Source: Dicyema japonicum (Eukaryota > Animalia > Dicyemida). From it: 64,000 nt of DNA. Positions within the stretch are counted from its first letter, which is position 1. Each line of letters begins with the position of its first letter. The stretch spans positions 1,063,931 to 1,127,930 of the forward strand of contig RDEW01000008.1 of NCBI GenBank assembly GCA_011109175.1, read 5' to 3'. The notes beneath the pieces were generated by a model that searched no databases, was not told where the DNA came from, and saw nothing but the letters and a program-made list of their open reading frames with translations. Below, one piece after another: positions 53,891 through 64,000 of this stretch. The position numbers and the translations under genes were made by a program.

Positions 53891-55491
53891 AATAAGTATT
53901 TTATTATTGCATTTTTAAGAAGAGTGTTTTTATTAAACAGATTAAAAAATCAAGATTTGATTGTTTTACCCAAGTGCGGTATCTCCAAATGTCACCCATC
54001 TTCGGGATCTGCTAGGATCTTGTATTAGTGCCTAGAAATGATTAAAAATGACAGTTTTTGAAATTAGCATTCGGTCACGCCACTTGACAGGATGATATTG
54101 ATCGAAATTTTCAGAAACTCAAATTCTTCATATTTGGTTCACTTACTTTATCGAAAATATGGTTCACTCACTTTTTCGGAAATGTATTGTTTGTTCAAAA
54201 CTTTTTAAAATTAAAATCCGTCCATTTATCCGCAAATTATGGTGGAACATACATACAACATTGAGCTTTAATAAGTATATAGATATAGATGAATATCGGT
54301 AAAAATATGGTTCTTTGCTTAAAAGATTCTATTTGAATGATTTATCTCAAAAAAGACCACAAATAAGACGAGAACCAGTTGATGTGATCTCATAATGTAA
54401 CAGCAGGGCTCTGTACTAGTAATGGATGGAGAACATCCCTCAGAAGATGTAACGGACACCCTACACAGTTTAGGCCAATTAGGGTTTCCTGAGTATCTGG
54501 GACAGTCATTCACTTTTAGTCACTTGATAGGCTCATTCCTGAATAACCGTATTTTTTCGGATTTCAATAAGATGGCTTAACATAATTAAATTCAAGCTGA
54601 TAACTAATCAAAATATAATTTATTTACGCATAAGCATCACCACACAATATTGTCGCTAACAAGCAGGAGCTATAATTACAAGGTTTCCACTTCATATTAG
54701 TCATTTTCACATCAATTAAGCCGTTTCTATTTTAATTGAGTCGCGTTCAAAATCGAGCAATAATAATAAATGCCTCATGGTGCCATGTGACTACTTGGTT
54801 GAAGATTTCTATTTTGTTCGTCTGTTCACCCTCCTCCCTTTTCTATTAGAGTGGCGTCATGTGATCCACAACTGGAAGGAATGGACGTTTTTTACATTTA
54901 TGCTGCCCCCTGGATGGACCCTTTCGACGTTGAAGGTCTCTTTCTCTGACAGTAGAGAACGGATACACTTAATTAATATTCAACAAGTGCAGATAATCCT
55001 CGTCATCCAATTACTGTGAAATAACGGTATAAGAACGCAATTAATGCAGTTATGAGAATCCCTATATAGTGTGGGAAAGAGGGAATATTCCATTTTCCTG
55101 CCACTCTGAATGAGTTTAAACCCCCCACTGGATTGATCATATGATCCCCTCTAGTGAACAAAACCAGAGAGGGAACAGAGGAAAGGAAGAGAAATTCCAA
55201 CCAAATGCCCAACGGGGAAATCGAACTCACATAGTATTGACAGCACCATGACTTCCAAACCATCAGGCTACCTGGTCATCGGATACTTCCCTGGTGAGAA
55301 AAAAATCGGGTATCTTATAACTCCAAATTTCCTCATTACAGCCTTCACAAAAAGAAAACGCAGGCTTTCACCCGTTGGTAAGCAAAGTAGTCATCTACTG
55401 CAATAGAGGTACGTCCTCACCCTTCTGTCTACCAAATAACCCTAACCCCATAACTTCCACAAATAAAGTCAAATTTATTATCATTAAAGCA

Positions 55492-56337
55492 TCAAATTGG
55501 TGGTAGCTTAACTCCAACGACGGCTGGGTTCCTTTTAGCAAGTTCACGTTTCCCCACCATTTTGTAATCAAAAGGACAGCTGTGAGCCTCCGCCAATCTG
55601 TGCACAGTACAGAAGTGCCTCCACATCTTACCATATAAAAAAGAAAATACCGACAACTATATTCCCCCAAAACTCCAAGTTTACGTCTGCAAAGGAAGCA
55701 ACGTTTGCTGTGGGACTTTATTGGTAGGAGCGAGTCTTTATCAGACTTTTCCCTCTTTTCGGCAAAATCATGATTTTGCGAAAATTGTAAAGTTTAGGCG
55801 ATCTTTTACGACTCGATCCAATCAGCTCAAAAATCATCGCATCAGGTCTTACATTTCTCACAACAGGTAATTCCACTGACTCAACTAAAATAAAAAAAAT
55901 AATGTTATTAAAATTTGAAATTAAAAAAATAAATATTTAAAATAAAAAATTGTCTTACAAGTGGAGTAACCAATTGGCCCAGTATGCATATCCACCACTA
56001 ATCTGAGCAGTGACCCATCCTGGATGCCATAGTCGCATAGTAAACCGCCATTATTGAGCAGGACGTCATTAAATATTAGTTTTTGAGTCTCTGTGGAAAT
56101 ATCTGTGGAAATTTAGGGTACAAATACCTTCCAATTTACGGATCGTCTCTTTAAGGTCAAAAACCGACTTGAAACGAGAAATTGTGACCTCATAAATTTT
56201 GCCCACTAAGTTCTGGACACTAAATGTTATACGGAGGAAATGATCCTCGGTCTTTTTAAAGCTACTATATAAAACGTTTAGCTACTTCTGTGGTTGTTTA
56301 TTCCACTTTTCTGACGACCACCAGAATCGGCTGACAT
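55492..56337 (-). CDS. ZFAND4: AN1-type zinc finger protein with N-terminal ubiquitin-like domain (ZFAND4/ANUBL1-like)
   Basis: Ubl: VQNLVGKIYEVTISRFKSVFDLKETIRKLEDISTETQKLIFNDVLLNNGGLLCDYGIQDGSLLRLVVDMHTGPI. AN1: KRCFLCRRKLGVLGEYSCRCGG[fs]FCTVHRLAEAHSCPFDYKMVGKRELAKRNPAVVGVKLPPI*. Tiny introns, e.g. 56103-56127. Start and linker frame uncertain. Confidence 0.85.
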
Positions 56338-58329
56338 GGACACAAAGGTCGGATTAGTTTGAATATTTTATTATTTCGATTTAAATTTGAATATTTTAAA
56401 TTTTTTATTAATTTAATATAATTTTATCTTTAGTCATTTGTTAAATGTAAATAAACAATTTCCACCATAAAATAAATAATAACTATTCTACCTCAACGAC
56501 TTGAAAAACCTGGGAAAAGAATAGAAAATGACTGACGACTGGACTCAATAAGAGTCCTAGCTGACAATAGATTTGTGTAAGATAAGTCGACATTCAAAAT
56601 TGTTTCTTTTGCTGCATCAGCGGCTATAACTATAATGGAACGTGAAAGTGCTCTAATAGTAATAATGTTTGCAATACTAATTGAATCATCAATAACGATT
56701 GTTTATTTTGTTTGTTGTAATAGTGATTGATTTTTAGCTTAACCACTGTGTCCTTTATGCTAATTCAATAGGCCACTCATATCCGCTTGTCGATTATTAC
56801 TTTTATTAATTCCAAATACAACAAGTAGTAGGTCGGATGCTAACTGATTTAGCGCGTCTTGTTCCCTTCATTCGGATCGAGTGAGGAACAATGATCCTTC
56901 ATTGGAGTTCGTTTTCGTCAGACTGGGAGTAGTTTTCTCAATCAATTTGATAATTTTGTTATCTCTGTTAGTGAAAACCTTGTAAACCATTTGGAATAGC
57001 TCGACTTTCTACTTTGCGTATTTAAGCAGAGATTGAATTTACTGCTTATTTCTTTACCAAAAATCACTCAAAAGTTATTTTAACTAATACACCCTGTTTC
57101 ACGTGTCTTCAGTTCCCCATATCGGACATTTGGTTCACTTAATTATTAGCACGAAAGAAAACATACGTGAATCTGGAGACATACCCTTAAGTGTTCTCTT
57201 AAGCACAGCTGTATAAGTGGATATTTCTTTCTGATTCAAACTGTCTGAGTACCCTCTGGAATTTAGTAACGATACAATCCAGTCATCACAGAAGGAATAA
57301 ACTTTTTTGCTGTGAAATATAAACGGAGAAATTTTCAGAAAATCAAAATTTTATAGGTTTTTAAAAATTCTAAAAAAACTCCCAAAAAATTGGTTTTGGT
57401 CAAAAATATTATCGGCGTAAGCGCTACGCCAAAAATAGTCAATAGAGTCTATTTAGTTACTATCGACCTCGCTAGCTTGTAGACCCCTACAGCTTTGGGT
57501 TCGACGATATTAGACAAGATCTGAATGGAATACTGACATGACAAAATTTGTTACGCATGACTGATAAACAGAAGATAATCTGTGCACTAAGGATAACAAC
57601 GAAATCGGTGGAAGGATCCAAGATCCAAAGTGTCTTGATTTCTAAATGAAGTTGAAAATTCAATTAATACTAGAAATCCTTGAAATTAAGCTATTTACAA
57701 TATTCCAAAACAGTAAGAAAATCAAAATAATATTCCCATAATCAAAATTCGAGACGTTAGAATTTTGCTACTAAAACTCTTCTTGAAATTCGATAACTTA
57801 TATAATTATGTTTCTAATAATATTTTTTTAATGATGTTCATCTGTGTATTTATTTTAATAAGATATGCAAGTGAATTTTTTAATTAACATTAGTATTGGG
57901 ATAGACATGGTCCTCGGCTGTCTACGGAATCTTGGAGCGCTAGGAGTGTAGCAGTCATCCATGGAGACATCAGCTTTGACATTAAGGTCCATTCCTAGAA
58001 CGTATACAAAGAGCCTTCAGTCATTAATGAACCTCATTTTCTTATCGGATAAGCAAAACTTTGTCAATTGCAAAACTAACATGCTACGGTTCTAATACCA
58101 CAAAGAAGTTAAATGCGTTTATTGATAGTAAATGGCAATTTAATTTTTTTCTATGTCCTTTCTTTTGATAAAGTCCATCAATATCTTAAATTCTCGCAAA
58201 CCCTAGTAAGAGACAAGCTTTTTTTATTAAAAAAATAATTGTCTTAACTTACAAAATAATTTAAATAATTTTTAAATTAAATTTAAATTATTTTACAACA
58301 GCCTTTGTGTTAAAGTGATTGTTTTATAA

Positions 58330-59411
58330 ATGGACGATTCTAATCAAAGGTCAACTATTGTGGATCCTTTAAACAGCAATGAAGTATATAAATACATAAT
58401 TAGTAGCCGATTAGTCAGTTTCCGAATTTAAAGGACTCCGACTCAGAGTGTGAAATCTCAATCACCATTGGAGAGGTCGACAAGAGTCAATTTATGTATT
58501 CCCTCGTTAGCAAATCTTAGAAACCGACGGAATAACCAAATCAAACCTCCAGCACCCACCGAACTAAAGCCAGCTGGTGTCGACCTTCATACTGAGCCAT
58601 TCTACAAGAATATGCTTATTTATGACCTCGATCCGATCTCCATCGACGAACGTCCATGGAATAAACCCGGTTTCCATGTTTTTTCTTATTCCTAGGAGCG
58701 GATATTACGGATTATCTCAACTATGGGTTTGTCGAGGAATCCTGGAATATTTACCGAAAACGACAACGGAGAATCAGACAAGAGGTATTATGACGGTCTA
58801 TGAAGTCTGCAAAACTTCAAAGGGATGTTTCCATCATGGGTGGGGAGAATATGCCTGGAATTATGGTCCTCAACTCGGACCCGACCTACCTTGGGAATCA
58901 CCTGTATTTAGTGATTTGAAGTTTAGGAACCCCGAGTCCTCCGTTCCGTTGATGAATCCCCCGACGGCGTCCGTTGTTGGTGCTCCTGGTTCGATGGACT
59001 TGTCCAGAATGCAAAATCCGCAGCTTCCCGCTTTTTTTCATGGACATTCAATTCCTCCCAACTATTTTATGGCTCAACGGTTCGGAATGCGGGGAGTTCC
59101 CCCTCACTTTCCTCGACCGATAATCCCGAGTGACTCAAACTTTCGGATTAAGCAGGAGCAGCTGATTCATCCGTAACATTGTGAATGTAAAATGTAGGGT
59201 TGAGTCTAAGAACCGGAATGAGTCTCATGAAAGGAAGGAGACTCGTGATCGGCCGACTAAACGATGGGATCGATATTCTAGAAGAAGCGATTCTAATGAG
59301 AAGGAACGGAAGAAACGACGGAGGAGAAGTCGGAGTGATTCCAGAGATCGAATGGGACGAAGTAGAAGTAATTCGAAGGAGCGATCTCGGAGAAGTCGTG
59401 TTAGGAGATGA
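58330..59411 (+). CDS. FIP1L1: Pre-mRNA 3'-end processing factor FIP1
   Basis: Six introns (58384-58406, 58496-58520, 58670-58695, 58785-58805, 58904-58926, 59173-59197) give an open frame with the Fip1 motif ERPWNKPGADITDYLNYGFVEESWNIYRKRQ, a Pro-rich region and an RD/RS tail. Confidence 0.95.
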
Positions 59412-60427
59412 TTTTTTGTTTTGTGTGATTGTGAATTTTTTACTTAGTGTTTTTGTGTTAATTTCTATAATAAAGAGAAAGATCCTTGTTTTCAGGGAGA
59501 TCGTTTAACTCCTCCAGCTTACGATCTTTGGTTAGCTCAGCAAAAGCAGTAACAACTAATTAATCCGAGGAGCAAATGTCGCACACGTAGTTGAGGAGAT
59601 AACTTCGCCCAGAACCATTGAAAGATAAGTCTATTTTCAGTTCAATAAAAATGTCATTAAGGTTTTCGATCAATACTGTTATTATTAGCAATAAACATGG
59701 AATTAGATTGACTATTATCCTATAGTTGCAGCTCTTTACAGACAATCCTTCATGTTCTCTCAGCTTTGGGCTAGAGGACACTAGACAAAAATCCTACGTG
59801 CATTCGACACTTATTTGTTCAGTCGGATTTCTGATGTCTTCTTAGTCCATTACCTCGTCCATGCTCATGAAAAGAGTCACATAAATCCAATTCCTCATAG
59901 AAGCATTCACTGGTGAGCATTCACTTGTCATACTCAAGTATCATAGATGCGTGGAACCTTCAGTCATATGTACACAAGAGATATTGGGACTTTGCCCGGC
60001 ACTTACAACACTGCGCCATCGTGGAGCTAATAGAAATTTCATCCAATAGAGGTACATGTACGTTGCTACCTCAACATCCTGCCAATTGACCACTTACATC
60101 ATTTATGGGAATTGGGTTAACATTTATGGGAATTGGGTCATCATTTATGGGATTGAGTGTAACTATCGATCTAATGGCAGGAAACAAAATTGTCTATCGG
60201 TGGAATGAATAGGATCTTCTTTGAAAGCCGGCAGGCATTAGGAACCTCCAGAGTAAGGTGGATCCAATGACGCCATTCGAGGGAAGGGAGTGAAATTTCA
60301 ACTAATTAGCCACATAGCAACACGTGGCTTGATTAAAATAGCACTAAGTGACAAATGAACAATAAATCCGATAAAAACTTGAAATTAACGTAATTTATTG
60401 CGAAAAGTCGAAATGTTAGTAAAAATT

Positions 60428-61904
60428 CTAAATTAAGATATTTTTTCTATTAAATTCGTAATTCACTTCACAACTATTTTTTCCCACTTTTTCCGAAATT
60501 TTACAATTTTTAGGATCCGCTCTATTCTCCACGTCAACTTTTCCATTTAAATTTTTTATAAAAGTTTCACAGTTTAATTTTTTGTTAATCCTCGTTCTTA
60601 CCTTCACCCGAACATTCGGATTTATCAGATTTTCTAACTTTATCTTATTTTTCACGCTTATTTCCCTGGTTTTGGAATCCTGAGGGGACTTTTCAGCAAA
60701 CTGGACGTTCAAATCACATTTTTCAAAATCTTTGAGTGAATTTTCAGAGTCTTCAGTCTTCGTTGAACTCTGTGAGCCTTCGTCGTTGCTCAAATAATTT
60801 ATTCGCCTTTGTTCAGATTTACAGTTTAATCTCAACTCTTCTGACGATTTCGACTTAGATAGACACATGGCTCTTTCGAACTCTTCCCGGGGATTGGGAG
60901 GAACAAGATCTAGCAAGTTCTTCGTTTCTACATAACTGATCCGTCATTGAAGGTCTTTCCGACTGTTCCTTTGAATATTGAATATTTAATGCATTATCTG
61001 GTGACCTTTCAGGCTCTTCATCCGTAAAATTCATTTTTGAGGTAAACTGCGGTGGAGATTTTACCTTTTCTTTGGAGAACCTCATATTTGAAGCCATTTC
61101 TGACAGTCTCTTCATCCTCTCTTTAAAATATTTCAAATTTGAGCTTTTCTCTGAAGAGCTTTGACTCTTCTTTTGAATATCGCATTGGATACGTTCCTGT
61201 AGACCTTCCTACATTTTTCTGCGGAGGTTTTTCTGAGACTGCATGTTGGGGTGGCTTTGGAGATCGTCAGTCATCACTTTCATTTTTGAGTCGATTTCCG
61301 AAGGAGTCTGTCTTTCATCATTTGTGTACTTCGCTATCAAAGGTACTTCTGGAGGTCTCCCTTCACAATTTTGGGAAGATCGCTTCTCTGAAGGAACACT
61401 TTCATATTCTCGAGTGAATCCTTTCTGATATTGCATTTCGGGGGGACTTTGAAGAGCATCGTTCAGTACTCTCATATTAGATCCTGCTTCAGATGGTATA
61501 TCAACCTCATCGTATGAATATCTCATGTTTAAGACCATTTCTGCAGTGACCTTGAAGGAATTCGTTGAAGAAGAGATCAAGGATAACTCAGAATTCTCAA
61601 ATTTGTGGCATACACACTCTGTACTCACCCAAACTGTAAGATCAGATATATTCTCTTGACTTTGAAGTAAGTTGTCCACGAAGATCTGAAAGTTGCCAGA
61701 ATTTGATGCCATCGCCATATTCGTGGAGTCTGTTACAAGTCTCTTTACATCCTCGGCCTCGAAAGAACTCCGATTCACTTCAGAGTGGCCACTAGCAGTA
61801 ATAACATTGTAGGGAATGGTTTGACCGACTGTAGTGAAAGAAACCGTTGCACGTGCGGTAAGTTTGATAGTTCCTTGGTCATTACTATTCGTGTAATAAG
61901 ACAT
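60428..61904 (-). CDS. Orphan protein with ~15-aa degenerate internal repeats (frameshift-fragmented)
   Basis: Consecutive ORFs of 231, 93 and 162 aa linked by frameshifts; repeats like SNMRFSKEKVKSPPQ, SKMNFTDEEPERSPD, LNIQYSKEQSERPS. Confidence 0.6.
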
Positions 61905-62039
61905 TCAGCCAATTTCCTGTACAATTTTGCAATGCCCTACGTCGTAACGATTGCAACAGATGCATATTTATATAAATGTTTTATCTCCTTAATTGCAGGT
62001 GTTTGCTCGTTCAACTGTGTTTGCTGATCATTATTGACC

Positions 62040-62575
62040 TGAGGCTAATTTATGGGAGAAAATCCGCATATTGGTTTTTATTCAATAAATCGAGCGTAAC
62101 GGTTGATGGTCGACGTCAAGAATTGAGTGAAAGTCATTTGGAGTCAAACAAAGGATAATGTTATACGACACCTTTATCAAACCAATCCTCCTATACAACT
62201 CTGGGACCTGGGCCATCACAAAATAGGACTTAGGGAGGCTAGATTTGTTTCACAGGAATCATCTAAGAAGCATAACTGGAATGTCCTGGCCATCCAAGAT
62301 CTCGCGGAAGGGACTGTACAATAAGTGTGACTGTAAACCATTAAGTCACGAGATCATTATCTCTCGTTGGAGACTTTTTGGACACGTCCTGAAGTTGGAC
62401 CCGATACCCCCCCCCCCGAATATCGCACTGGAAGATTACTACTCTTCTTCCAATGTAAAACGCATTCGTGGAAGACCGAGAACAACCCTCCCGGTCGTTT
62501 TGCAAAACGATCTGAAAGTTGTGAAGAAAACATTGGCATCTGGTGACGATCTGGGCTCACTAAGGGAATAATTTC
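62040..62575 (+). mobile_element. RTE-like LINE 3' fragment
   Basis: RWRLFGHVLK..P..IAL..Y..RGRPRTTLPVVLQNDL. Confidence 0.75.
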
Positions 62576-63494
62576 GAGAATTTAATTTTAATGATTTATA
62601 ATTTATTCGAATTTATAGTGATTGACGTCAAATGTGACGAAATATAAAATTATAGATTGATATTAAGGACGTTCAGGAATTTATAATCAAACTAATAATT
62701 GTTACTCCTCAGGGTAAGCTTGTCCATCCTCTAAATTTTGTGCAAGAACCCAAACTCCACATATCGGATGTCTCCAAGTCATCATTTCTTCCATCTACAC
62801 TAAGTGCGTGTTCTGCTCCTCACCATACGTTCTATCAGTTTCCCGTGTAATTTCCTTTTTACACGTCTCCGCAGTTCATCGAAGTCGTCCGCTGTCCTAA
62901 TGACGTTGAAAGTTGCAATTGTAAACGTGGTAGACTATAGTACGATAAACATAGATATTATTAAAGAGGTGACAACCATTCAATCAACGAAAATTATAGT
63001 TTAATTTATTAATTAAAATTAAATTTTTGATTGTATACAATTTTACGATATTTGTATCTCCGCGTGGCGCCACGTGGTGCTCGTAGCTAATTGGTTGAAG
63101 TTTTCTGTTTGTTTTGTCTGTTTCATTTCTTTCCTTTCCTACTAGAGTAATGTCATGTGATCCACCTGTCTCAGGTGACGCACAATGCCAGGCTGGCACG
63201 AAAAGAAATATTTGTCCTCCTTCAGTCCATTGGAGGGGTTTCCATAACTGCAATTAGGGGATACTTTTTTACCTTTTATGCCGGTTTCGGATGGATTCTT
63301 TCTGTAGCAGTGGAAACTGAATTCCTCTCAATATTAGCGTGGCGTCATGCGGTTCACCTGTTGTTGTTGTGGCGCTCAGTGCAAGTTCTGCATGGAAGAG
63401 AACCGTTCGACTTTCCCTACCATTCTGCTATCTTCAGTTAACTAGTTGGTTACTTTAACTTCTTTCTCGGTGTATCCGGGGTTAATTAATACTC

Positions 63495-63595
63495 GGATGG
63501 AACTCGTCCGCAATCCACGCAGCCGGCTTCCTGGACTGACATTTGTTTCTGTGTTAAAAAATTATTTTATTTAAAAAAATAAATAAAATAAAAAT
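63495..63595 (+). mobile_element. CRE-like 3' tip with A-rich tail
   Basis: NSSAIHAAGFLD* and 3' UTR matching 11320-11404. Confidence 0.7.
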
Positions 63596-64000
63596 AATTT
63601 AAAACTTATTTAATTTTAAAAATTGGTTTACAATATGGCGAACCTTTGAATACATTTGTTCGCGAGCGTTTTTAACAAGTTCTTGTGGTTAGTTGTTTGT
63701 GTTCAATTATCGTATTTTTCTGTTGTATTGTCATACATTTTCTTCAAAATTATATTTTGGATTCATCAAATAGTGTCGAAGGCTGTTATCAAAATGTGTA
63801 ATATATTTTATATTTTGGTGACCAATAAAAATTGATTATTCTTCACTATTTGTTTTTTCCCTATTTATGTTCTCTTGCTATACTTCTCTTCCAGGCTATG
63901 TTTATTCCAATTATCGTGTCAAGATCATTTTCAGGAATAATATCATCCACATGATTTTTTTCATCTCTGATCTGTTGTATTTATTTTCTTCTGACAATGT

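Noticed and set aside
59800-60300. Possible Gypsy RT relic with a ~21-nt triple repeat at 60100-60152
   Set aside because: Motif similarity too degraded to support a call

Overview
AT-rich animal genomic DNA with extremely short GT-AG introns (21-27 nt). This explains why the ORF track fragments real genes. Metazoan COX4 together with these intron sizes fits a dicyemid-like compact parasite genome (inference). The window has two zones. About 1-48.7 kb is a graveyard of non-LTR retroelements (CRE-like, Jockey/I-like, RTE-like, R4-like) and hAT/Buster relics, arranged as a ~4-kb-arm inverted duplication and an ~18-kb tandem segmental duplication. It carries four copies of an apparently undescribed multi-exon surface-protein gene: hydrophobic leader, divergent LAMP-like beta domain, Thr-rich mucin stalk built from tandem 51-nt phase-1 exons, and a GPI-like hydrophobic C-terminus. 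It also has two tRNA-Asn copies. About 50-62 kb is a compact housekeeping zone with COX4, a minimal ZFAND4-like gene, FIP1, a small orphan gene with a LINE in its first intron, and a repeat-containing orphan gene. Indels inside COX4 and ZFAND4 suggest assembly errors, so pseudogene calls are provisional. All alignments and translations were done by eye.
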